NCBI GenBank assembly: GCA_040954595.2 | Contig: CM082577.2 | Coordinates: 1,860,001-1,924,000, forward strand | Source of the DNA: Balanoglossus misakiensis | Taxonomy: Eukaryota > Animalia > Hemichordata | Direction of reading: 5' to 3' | DNA: 64,000 bases | In this document: positions 52,168 through 64,000 of the stretch, one piece after another | Numbering within the stretch: position 1 is the first letter of the stretch | Layout of the letters: every line of letters starts with the position of its first letter | Made by a program: the position numbers and the translations under genes | Notes under the pieces: generated by a model | Told to the model about the DNA's origin: nothing | What the model saw: the letters and a program-made list of their open reading frames with translations, nothing else | The model's database searches: none

Positions 52168-55100
52168 ACAAATCAATTAACCATCAGAGAGTTGAGCACA
52201 CACACTGGTGTGGATATTTCGTTACATTTTTGTGGGTCCTTCTCCAGAAACCCTTGGTCCTCACTCCGATTCTCATTGTGTGAATGTGCCAGCCTGAATG
52301 TGCTCTGCAAAATGCCCCTTTGAGAAAAGCCATCGGTCTGTCTGAATAGAAATCTCATTGTTTGGGGGGAGCGCAGAGAACTCAACAAAAAGATTTCCCT
52401 ATTCGATTCCGTTTCCCAAAAGATTGCTGTTTTATTCTCTCATAGATTTTCTCCCCCGAAAGTGAATTCTTTCAGGCCGCGATGTTTGCGTGAGTGCCGA
52501 CCTTAATTAGAATCTGATACAGTTAGCCTCGTCTTGTCTCGTCTCGTTAAGGTCCAACGCCGCGGAACATTAAAAAATGATAGTGCTCTGTATTCATGGG
52601 ACCAGTTTATGATGCCATTACGGGACAATTGGCGGGTGATTGGGATGTCTTTATGTTGTTGATTATTTTTCTCCTGTGTACACAGTGAAAACCTGCCTTG
52701 TCGCACGGTGCGGCCGGACAAAACAGGCCAGGGTTTCTGTGTCAACATTAGTTTTTGACAACAAAAGTTTCCTGTCAATGCGACACAATACCGGGACTTT
52801 TCTAGATTGATTCCGCAGAAGAAATTTTATGAGTGGGTGTGCTATATTTGTGTTGCATTTCTGTGCCGGGATTTCCTCTGTGATTATGACCGTCATGTTC
52901 TGTGCAATTGTCGGCCGTGGTTGACAGTCACGGTTATTAATGACGATTCAGCATTTTTAGGCTAACCTGTATGCTCTGTGTACAGCTCTTTTCCACTGGG
53001 AAAGCTGAACTTTTAAAATTAAAATGAGTCGTACTAGACACAATTCCAGTCCATGGTCCGACCTATTGGTGCCATGGCTTGTTTTTTTAATCCCCCATGA
53101 AGTGAGTCACCTCTGTAGCCGTCTGGCCATATATCGTAGAATCACGATTTCCACTGTCAGGAGCCTATCACCATCCATTATCATGCCCTATGCATCAGCA
53201 TCTCTTAATGTTCGTTGAACTTCACATTTCCTGCAACCAGCCTTTATTAAAAGACTCGCATGCCAAGACTCTGTGTCTGACAAGATGTTTGGAGACTTTG
53301 GTGTGTCACTTCCACCATTGACTTCCTGTGGCAGGTCTTCGATCCCGTGCCACCCAAACTGAATCAGAATTTGTTAAACGAGTGGGATGAACCTATGTGT
53401 AATGAGATTGATTGGGCCGCGCGAAGTCGGCCCCCTTGCTTTTATTCGCGTTAAATCGCAATTTGTCATTGCCAGGCAATTGCCAATGATGTACGTCTTG
53501 TGTACACGTGTACATGTACACACACATTGGTTCACAAGTCCCACTCACATGATAAGCTGTGAGGCAGTGTTGTACATATAACAGCAATGATACGCATCAT
53601 TATTTTCGTATGCTGCAGGAAGTGTTGTATTCTCATCCACCCTGGCAGCTGGTGTTGGAATTCGAAGGCACCCTGAAAACTTCTACTAGTTCATTGTACC
53701 GTACTTTCAAAAGTGACCCCCATCCATTCTCAATAGCTTTTCACTTTATCTGTTGAACCATAAGGATGGCGTCAACATCAGTACGTAGCATTAATGAATT
53801 TGGTTTTCAATTAATGTGCATCAGAAAGACAGATGAGTTGAGCAAAGCCATTGGGCAGTTCCGTGGCCAAGATCACAGGATTATAACTGGCTTAATTTAA
53901 TCTCAAGCCTCTGAAAAGAGATTCATTGAACCGTACTGAAGTAGTTTGTCACTAGTGTCACTAATTTAAATATGAATCGTTTTATGGGGACTTTTTTCTA
54001 CGTCGGAGATAATAAAAATACCCCTGCACTTCATAAAGTGATAGTACTGGTAATCATTAAACTGAATTCATGAATGGCTCAGGGCAGCAATAGCGGTAGA
54101 ATTCAAATGAGTATTTGTGTATTTGAGATTTGTGGTAGGGGAGGAGTGAGGTATTTATTGATATGATTTTTGTAAGAGACAAAGCAGAAATGTCCAGGTG
54201 TGCTGTGATGTCCGAGTGTCTATTTCTCTAACATGATCCCTAGAGCATTTGATTCAGTTTATGTACATCATTACGTATTGCGCCCAAACAGGTGTTCTGT
54301 GCGTACTGTCTGCCGGGCGTATTAATGACACCTACAGATTTGACATAAACAGAATGTACACCGTGTAATATGGGAGTTTTTGACCGACTGTGTCAGAGGT
54401 GGCCGTTGTTTTGTGTCAGATAGGTAGTATAGCTATGGGAACCTTGAAGGGGGTGCTTGTAATGTCACCAATACGCATTGTGAGGACGAGCACTGTTTGG
54501 TTATTGACAATGGACCACGTGAAGGAGTGTCTGTATTTGTGTAGATGCGGTCTTTATGAGATGTGCAGTGTGCTGTCCAGTTAGTCATAATGTCCGTCAT
54601 AGCTGAGAGGGATTGTGCCTGTTTTCTGAGCGCACGTTATTGGAAACACATATTTATTTTTTTGCTTGGCCTTATGCTGGATTCATTTACCCCCCTAATT
54701 TCTAGTTTTCATGCTACTGGGGAGTTGTGTGGTTTCACTATTAAATCTTGACACAGTCTACACGCTTCTGCGTTGGAAGTTTTTGGAATCCTGTCAAATG
54801 CCACCATTTCAAATGTTTACGTTTAATTCTCAGGTCACCTGGGTTCATTTGCAGTACATACAAACAGATCGACCTGAGCAAGTGCCATCTTCTACGTCAT
54901 ACTGTTATTTTATGTTTAAACTGAAATTTCTGAAACTCTCATTCTAAAGAATGACTCTGTACTTGTACTGTACCAGTGTACAAAGGGAAGAAAAAGCAGA
55001 CATGATCAAGATAGAACTATTAGCACAGTAAAATATAATTTGCTGTGCATAGTGTGAGCCAGACATGAGATGATTGAGATATGCCCCTAATCAATCATGC

Positions 55101-58100
55101 TATCAGTGATCTTGTCAGTGTTGAACATTAACAATCTCTCGGATTGTAAATAATAAATTCACATTGTGGCGCAGTTAATTTGTGTTTAAAAAAGACAGCC
55201 TTTTATTGCTGTGAATGTAAAGTTTGAAACCCATTCGTGGTAACTCCCCTTTAAATGGCCTGAAAGACAGATTATCAAACCTGATAGAGACCTAGTGGGC
55301 AGCTTAAGGGATTAAAGTTGATCCCATTTTTCAAAATCAAGTACTGCAGTGATGATAAGAATTAGGAATTCAGGCCATCGACACAACAGTCACACAGTCT
55401 ACAACTAATATGTTAATTCTGTATCTTTTCCGGTTAACCTTATTCTCAGTCACAATTTGGATTTTTTAAAATCATTTCATATCTAAGGCTTATACAGGCT
55501 TTGAAATTACCAAAACTTTTTCTACCAAGCCAATCTATGTGCTGTTTTCTATACATGACTGGATGCAATTGTTTGTGGATGAGATACATACCCAATAATC
55601 AATGGGTTTTGCCGATAGGTCATCTAGCAAAGATACTGTTCTGACTTCCACAGAGTGTTTCCATGCTGATACAGATATTTACAACTTGAATCGTCAATTG
55701 TTTTTTTGGTTTCCAAAAATAGGTGAGCGTATACTTGATAATGAAACAAGTGCACATTTTTTGTGGGTTGGGTTAAAGTGCACTGTCTTTTGACAATGCA
55801 TTCCTGTTATTTGAGGAGTTATCTTGCAAGCTGAATCGCCGATCACTCGAACACTGATCTGACTGTTTGTTGGCATACCACATCATTATCAATAAGGTGA
55901 CAGAAATGAATTACCTGTGTCATATCATTTTGATATTTCAAACTGACAAAATTAGCACGGTGCACTCAGGAAATCGATAAAGTAACTTCTCAGAGTCCCT
56001 CGAGATAAAATTAAACAGTTTGAAACTTTGCCACCCAAAGATAATGATGACAACTTTTGTCGTCAATAAAATTCAACATGTGTGGGATTTATTTCTGCGC
56101 CTTTGCATCATTTGGGTTCGATCTCAGTGTTGGCAGCATCACACATAAGCCAGCTGTCATCTCTGTTCACCACTGAAGGAGTTTCATATGCTTACATAAA
56201 GTGGTGATAATGTGTCCTATCCATTCATTGATGTACCTTGATGTAGACACTTAATCCAATCGGTATATCATTTATGGAACTTGGTGACCTCAGGGTAAAG
56301 GTCATGTTTATCATTGTCTCCCCCCCCCCCATCTTTGCAATGACACACTTCAGAGCAGTGATGAAGTTTCAAGCAAGCAGAGAACATGAATACAACTCCC
56401 TCTCCCAATAGAAACCACCCATTTTCTCCTTTCAAAGAGATTCATATGGATGGCATATTAAGAAAAAAAAAGCTTTTGTATTGGTCTGAATAGATCAGTA
56501 ATAGTGTCGTCTTCTATTGGATGTTGCTAGATTGAAAATATGAGTATTCTAGACGTGTTCACAGCTTGGAAAATATCTGAATGGCATTAATGTGCGCTAT
56601 TCTGCATTGACCATACGGTCATATGATTCCATATTATTTACCATTATATTTTACTTCTGCTCAATATTGTGCACGACAAACCTCCAAGCAATCCTGCATA
56701 TCAATTAAAACATGACACAGATCTGTTTTTGATTGCATTCGCTGCTAAAAGAGTGTGACACTGCAGAATTCCAAATTGGTTTTAATGTATAACTGGATTG
56801 AAAGACTAAAACTGGTATAATATGAACCTTTGGGCAAGCACCGGTGGTCTGTAAGTGTGATTATTCAATGAGGGGGAAATACAGCACTTATAATCCCCTA
56901 TTTCTTTTTATGGTACTTTGCTGAAGCTCATTAGAAAAATAATAGCATAATTTCAGATGACTGTTTTTTTGTGTGGAGTTGGTGTTGCACTGGACAGTTG
57001 CATGATTTACAATCTGGCACCAGTCATCAGCTTTTGAGTGTGTTTGTTAATGATAATCTGCTCGCTCTAAATTGCTGTCAACTCTCTGCCAATTATTGGT
57101 TTAGTTTCCGGAAATGAGTTTTCAGCATTTAGTGTTGTATCAGAAAATGACTAGTGTAGGAGTACTTGCAAAATATAGCCATGTGAGATGATACTTGAAA
57201 TATGTCACTGAACTAACTCTAGTGTTATAATCTTGCCTATAGTCAAATTCAATTCTGTGAATTGACAAGTACAAGCATACTTCAGTCGTATTAAAGAGCA
57301 GAGGTTACAGGTTTCAAGTACGGAGAAAACATTTCTCAAAAACATAATGGCAGGTTCGCCGGTAGCTGCTGGCACCATTTGTCATCGTAGGTAGAGGACC
57401 CCCCATCTGTCCATCTGCAGGTACAGTCGCAATTCATCATGGACATCGGGAACGCAACTTCAGTATGGACCAATCAGGGTTCTGTTTTGTAGGAGATACA
57501 GAGTTGTATTTTGTTGCGCAATCATCCAGGGGTTGATTATCTAGCAAAAAAAAATATGTCTTCGGAGTGGAGACATACAGCCAAGGGCATGGAGATAGTA
57601 GTAAACTTTTAGCCTGACCCTGGTCATTGGAATATTTGGACTTGTCCTATCGTGGCCGAGGACGCCTATTGGCTTTTTCTAAGGTTTTGTTTGTTTTCTG
57701 TGTACAAATGATCTTGAAGTCGAAGGTAAGTTTACAGGTTTTGCCAGGATGGTTGTTTTTACAATACAGAAAATGGCATTCCATAAAATTTAACTATTCA
57801 GGATGTAGTGATGTTTTTCGATATTGATTGTGATATGCTTGTGGCTATACCGAGAGAAAAAAAAATCATGTCTTCAGAATTCGAGAATTATCCAAGCTTT
57901 ACTTTGCGAAATCAAAAACAGTAACTACTTCAGATGCAAAAAGGTCCCTGTGTGTTTTAGTCATGGTTACTGCCGATGATGTGATGAACTTCTTGAAAAT
58001 TAACATGAAATTCAATACAGAGATTTGTTGTGCGGTAGTTCTCACTCTCAGCCGGGGTGGTTTATTTGGAAGTTGCTTACAAGATGTAACACAAGTAGCC

Positions 58101-61100
58101 AGGGCAAGCGGCGTGGGTGCAACGTGAAACCTGATCTGTACGTCGGAGCAAACGCCCTTCTGTTGCTACGTGCCAGCTGTATATGTGCCAGCTATCGCCT
58201 GGAGTCTAGACTAATCCCAGACCGAGATATATTTTTCATGCATTTTTTAACGAGTGTTTATGTTTCGCTGCTAGATGGGGTGTTTGCTTAAGGACATGGG
58301 GGAAAAATCCCAGGGATAAGGTTCAGTACTTGTATGGCTTCCTCTGTTTATTTCCTGTTTAACTTCAATGGGTTTGTAGTATTGAGAGACAGACCGACGA
58401 AAACGTAAAATACATTTTGAACTAGCCATGCAGTGGCAGGAACAAACAAGAGTCATGCACCGATCCCCTCAGATAACCCATTTTAATCGGCATCACTTGA
58501 AATAGGCAGGATACTTTGCAGATATCACCAAAAATCAATGCTTCTGTCAAAATGTCATGAGAATGATCGATTGTGGCTGTGTTGTTTGGTACAAAGACTG
58601 CTAAACAGTATCAAGAATGGTGATTTCTAATCATTCATGACGCAATGTGATAAATATTTATGGCGCAGTTTGATAATAAAAAATAAAATGCTTCTGGGAG
58701 GACTGAGTCAAGACTTTCAGGAGCCAGCATAATATCAAACAAAAACAATTGTATACATCTATCCATCAAAATTTTAACATGATTATGTGCCTGAGCTGTA
58801 CATATATCTGTTTCAGTTAAACCGATTTATTCAATTGTCAAGACATAATTGTGTACAGCATAAAACACTGTTTGTTTATACTGTATAGCCAAAACATCTA
58901 TCAGGTGTTTCAAAAAGAGTGAACAGTCCTGTTCCATTTTGCCAACCTCACAACTACACATATTTACATCAGATTTTAATCAGATTGAGTATTGAATAGA
59001 AAAGTCTGTTTGGATGTGGAAGTTGCGTTTGGATCAAGAGCCTGGTGGTCGTGGGAGTCGCTATTGAATTTGACAGAATAGTTGCCAGATTATGACAGTT
59101 TTCACAAGTTTTTACAGATGACAAATTAATCTCCGTGAATGCTCACATACTTCAAATAGCATCTTGCTAAAATCTCCTGTGGATTTCTGGTACCATTCTG
59201 TAAAGTATTACTTGCTAACAACATGTAAAGGCTTTAGTGTAGTTTCAATTGATTGGGGGGGGGGGGGTATTAAAGAGGTAGTGCTGCCCCACAAAGCATT
59301 AGCCACAGTGGCACTCTTGGGAATAATGCCACTTCAATGAAAGTCTTGATTAAATCACCAAGGTGGTTTGGGACCACTTACATGTAATGCTTACATAACA
59401 AGACTAGCTTCCATTATCATGTCATTTGAATTATTGTACCTGCATTGTACTGCAAAATGCCTGTGGTTTCATGTGACCATTTACAGTTTGTTTGTACAAA
59501 TTGTCTTCTCTTGCAGAGAAAGCTCAGCTTTAGCTTTGATGTACTGGATGTTTTATTAAATAATACAACTAAAATAAAAAAGTATGAATCTTAGATAACC
59601 ACATTGAGGATGATACTACGTAGTAATTGACGTGAGAATAGTTGTCCTCTTTTTAATCAACGTGCTATGATGGCAAGTAGACTCAACTGATGATGGCAAA
59701 AATGGAGAAATAGGGAATGGAATTACCAGGGAATTGAAATGAAGTGATGTACTTGGAAGGGGTGGCAGGGAATTACCCTTATTGGGTGTAAGTAGTGCTT
59801 TGGGGGAAAATAGCTGGTATAAACAAAAGGCAAAGTGGCTGATAACGTTGGTCTAATTCTACCAGATCTTATTGGCACACATGCATGTATTGCTTATTAC
59901 CCGACTATGCTCACCAAGGGAATAAAACTGTACTGCCTAATTTTTATAATGTAGGTCTTGGCATGACTGTCTGTCACGATATTTGTACAAGAAAAAGATT
60001 TTATCTTCACCTTGGATAAGGCAGTCTGAAAAGGCATTCTCAGAACTCTCTCGTGCATCAGATTTGATTGATGTACAATTGGCAAAGCGTTTTTCGAAGT
60101 TTCGCCATTACCACAACGTGCTTCACTGCTTCCAGTCAATTACCGTTCGCGCACAAAAGAGGCAGAATAATGGCAATAAAAAACGGTGAAATACTATCAA
60201 CGGGATACAATGATCTTTTAAATGTGAAGCACAAATTTTTACAACCGAGTTTGTAAAGAAAATGCAAATGGCTGAGATTTGTAACATTCCATGGCTATTA
60301 ATCGGTCCAGCGCACGTCGGTGTTTAGAAATCCACCATGATTTCTGGTTCACGTACTCCCCCATTTTCTGCCGTGACCTCTCAATGTGCTCGGATTTTCC
60401 ACTGTACTTGATATGGTTGCCTTTGAGACGGCGTGTTTCTCTCGCTGCTTGTTTTGCCTGACAGGGATCCAGCGTCGGCCATATTGTTTATACATTCCAC
60501 CTGTTGAGCTGCGTCATGCCCCGCAGACCGTTTTACTTTGTTTTGTTTTTTATTTTCTGTAATGTGGTCTCTCTCCTTCACACCAGTCAGTAAGTCTCAT
60601 TTTCCCACGATTGGTTGCTTTCAATAATCGGCGCTTTCCAGAAAGAAATGTTATTTCAGAAAGAAATGGACACGCTTTGTATAAAAATAAACAAATAGTC
60701 AAAAATAGTTGGCTGTATTCTCGAGTTTTGTCTCTTTGTTGAGGTTAAAGCTGCCCATGCTGGAAATTGAAGTGGCCATATTTGAACTCGCGTTTGTACC
60801 AACGTGTTCTCCATGCTGTTCATGCAGTTATTTTTTACACATATTCTTGCTGGCAAGGCTTGCCCCTCTGCGACATGTTACCACAGGAATATAATAAACT
60901 TCCTTGTTATTTACAGTCAGTCTCATCAAATGTCCAAAATTTTTGAGTTGAGGGAACTTGAGTTGATCATTTTCCAAATAGTGCAGAGATGATTTTTGTG
61001 CATTTTTCCAACCACATCCAGTTGATAAAAAAGATAATTTCTTGAAAATGATGCTTGTGTTGATTCCTGTTTCAGAAAACCATACAGTTGGTGTGAACTA

Positions 61101-62297
61101 TTAGCATGTCAAGTGCAATACATACATTGTTAACGAAACAGTTGTTACCAAGCTCAAAAATGTCCAAATAGTTGCCAGCTGATGAGATTTGGTTGTAGGC
61201 CTCTGCAATGTTATAAAGTGACCAGGAAAAAGTCAATGACATCTGTACCTACGGGCGCTTATCACTCAAGGTGCACTTTATACAACACCACACCCGTTTT
61301 TATTGAACCAGAAATCAGTATATCACAGAGTGGAGGGAAGTGTTCTTGATTGATATACCAGATTTGGTTGCCAAGTTCCAGATGACATTGAAGTGAGATT
61401 AGCCCAGTAATTAGCGTGGCAGGGGTATAAAAACAGGCCAAGGTTTTTTGCTGCATTTTTTGTGCACTCCAAAAATCTTGAATCGAAATTGTGGTTGTGG
61501 TTTTGAAAATTTCCATTTCCATCTAAGAAATGTAGTTTCTGATGACAAGTGTGTATTTCTATTACTATCAGTTGCTGATGAAACACTTGGGAGCAGTGCA
61601 TGTTGACTGCTGACAGTAGAAACTTGGAGGTCAAATAGAAATTAGGTCAAATACAGGTACCATACTTCCTGATTCAGTGATTTTTTGTTTCTGACCTGGG
61701 CTATAAAACTAAACACACATCCCACTACAAAATAAAATAAATAAATATATATACACACACACAAAACAAATACCCGTACATGTAAATAAATGATTTTGGG
61801 TAACGTAAATTCTGAAATCTTTGAAATAAATGTTTAATCTGATCATCTAAGATTTAGGTTTTCATGTTTGCAATATCCAAGTTCAGGCGACGATCCCCGT
61901 GGAAGGCTAAAATAACAGGTTACGACAGAAAATGTTGCCCGGCCTTTTAGAAATTAATTGACATGTTTCCTTTTGTCTGATTAACAATGGAACTGTGAAA
62001 GTGAAACCAGAAGATATAGTAGTAGACTGATAATCTGATATTGTTATATTGTTAATTAATTATTAAGGTACCCTCATTGAAAAGGTCTGATTGTTTTTTT
62101 GAAGTACAATGGCTTTGTTGACCTGAAAGGGACAGTCTGTTTCTCACCCTCTGAAGTCTTAGTACCGGTAGTAGATAATTAGGGAGCTCTCTTCATCAAT
62201 AGCTAGTAAAACAGTCCTTTACTAACTCTCTCTTCTGATCTGTTTGCACAGACGATGGATAGCAGCTGATTGCCTGCCATGACACTCCACTACAAAC

Positions 62298-62377
62298 ATG
62301 GCTAGCAATGGTGCGACAAGACGGTCATTCGCCTTGAAGACCAGAGGGCTGGCAGGCAACACTCTGGACGAAACCAG
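62298..62377 (+). CDS. Probable first coding exon (exon 62252-62377) of a gene continuing beyond the window: MASNGATRRSFALKTRGLAGNTLDETR, possibly DOCK-C/D family
   Basis: Pyrimidine tract and CAG acceptor at 62251, strong-context ATG (AAACATGG), donor AG|GTATTT, and GC content above the flanks. RRxFALK is reminiscent of DOCK6/7/8 N-termini, but this resemblance is weak. Confidence 0.4.
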
Positions 62378-62392
62378 GTATTTTCTTTTTCT

Positions 62393-62498
62393 CTAACCCT
62401 TTCACCCCCAGTTTCCTCTTAAGAGGTCCAGCCTTACATGTATGATGTACCATAGAAAACAATAGGTTTGGACTGAAACATGGTGGTGAAATGGTTAA
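62393..62498. mobile_element. piggyBac-like MITE, most complete copy of the family
   Basis: (C)TAA-CCCTTTCACC...GGTGAAATGG-TTAA; internal sequence matches the reverse complement of the 5915 and 44258 copies and the partial copy at ~32273. Confidence 0.7.
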
Positions 62499-64000
62499 AG
62501 GTCCACTCTCTGTAACTTTGCCTTTTTATAGTATTTTTATGTTCAGTGTATCAACCATGGTTTGTTGTTTGGCTCCCTGATTGAACACTTATATTCTCAA
62601 CATACTCCATGTGCGCATAATCGGTATTGTTATTGTTGAAAATTCAAGTCCGGACGGGAATTTGTCAACAATAGCAATGGGGCGTATATATCTGAAAATA
62701 CATGACAAGTTGCAATTTGGGAGGAGAACAAGAAAATGTAGTTCAACCATTGCACAAAGCAAAAAACTACTGAAAATAGCCAAAAGTTACATATAGTGGC
62801 CCTTTAATTTAGTGAAATGTCAATGTCTGTATCTGTAGACCGACAATCAGTCAGTCCAAACACGCAGCCTTCATCTCTGTATTCTTGGCGACTTCTGTTT
62901 CGTAGCTTACAATGATCTAGCCTCAAGTTCTCTGTACAAAGTGTATACACCGCTGATCAAATAGAAAAAAAGACATGCTGAATGATACTCGACGCTGACA
63001 GAAATCAGAGGGGGAGGGCAGAAGTGTCACTGTGGATTCACAACACAAAATTCTTTCCTCCATAATACAGCCACTTTCACAAACACCATCTTGTTGCTCT
63101 GAATCCAAATTTGCGACCTGTAAAAATACCTTGTATTCAAATGTCACCATGTATATTTCTTGCTGAGCTGTTAACATGATGAAGATATTGAATGTGTTAT
63201 TATTTCCAAGATAATATTGTTGAGAGTTTATTATGTAAGATATAAACACACCAAACCCCTGTTTCCAATAAGCAATTTACCTCCTGAGAAGCAACATGTG
63301 TAAGGAATTCAACTTATCAAACCCAAAGACTAAATATTTCCCATCTGAAAGTTTTCAATAAGAAATTTATCATAGTTAAATACAAACTGCAATGGATTCT
63401 TGATGTCAAACCTCAAGACTAAACATTTTTTATCCAAAGTTAATTAATTTTGATATGAATTACTGTGCTTGTATATTTAGCAAATGAAGTGCTTTCAGCT
63501 TATTACTTATTATATCACAGGTTTTGTTTATTATTAAATGTTAAACAGAATATTGGGTGTGGAAAAATGACTGTTCAGGTACCTACAGCATAAAATTCAA
63601 ATGTTTCCAGACAAAATCTTCATCTGGGTGCACAAGGGTCAATGCCAAACCAATTGTTGCTGATGGAAAGGTCTCCTGTTTTGCACACAGCAGGCAGACA
63701 GAGACAGGCATTTTTTTGCAAATTATACTCCAGTATAATTTAAAACACATGAAGGAACCCGGGGCCAGGAGTCTTCGAGTCGGTCGCGATCAAATTTCAG
63801 CATGCCAATTTCGTAATCAAATGGAATAGAAATGTAAATCGGGCACATTGAATTATTTTTTAGGAATTGGTTTTATTGGGTATGTTTGCTGTCCTCGCAT
63901 GAAATAAAAAGTTACTGTTCGAAATAAAGTGGGATGGTAAAAATTTGCAACTGCCATAATACAACAGACAAAGATTTTTTCTGAGATTTACGATGTAGAT

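Noticed and set aside
50700-62200. Numerous 60-100 aa ORFs in the distal region
   Set aside because: AT-rich, no recognisable domains and no consistent splice-phase chain; treated as intronic or intergenic noise.

Overview
Eukaryotic (metazoan, probably invertebrate bilaterian) genomic DNA with spliced genes. The AT-rich introns and GT-AG junctions mean most ORF-track entries are exon fragments or noise. Gene order: 3' part of cyclin F (CCNF, +), LDAF1/TMEM159 promethin (-), mitochondrial tyrosyl-tRNA synthetase YARS2 (+, head-to-head with LDAF1), CCDC40 (-, tail-to-tail with YARS2), TBC1D16 (+, head-to-head with CCDC40 as in human), a solitary replication-dependent histone H4, and an unusual phosphatase gene. 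About 16 kb of mostly non-coding sequence follows, with one probable first coding exon near 62.3 kb. The best candidate for an undescribed system is the phosphatase gene at 41194-46108. It joins a DUSP12/YVH1-like dual-specificity phosphatase domain to a C-terminal CBM20 starch/glycogen-binding module, the reverse of the laforin domain order. Its catalytic CX5R exon is tandemly duplicated as two 114-nt, same-phase exons only 55 nt apart, which is the signature of mutually exclusive splicing. Exon models were built by eye from splice signals and frame continuity, and gene identities come from recalled motif similarity, not database searches.
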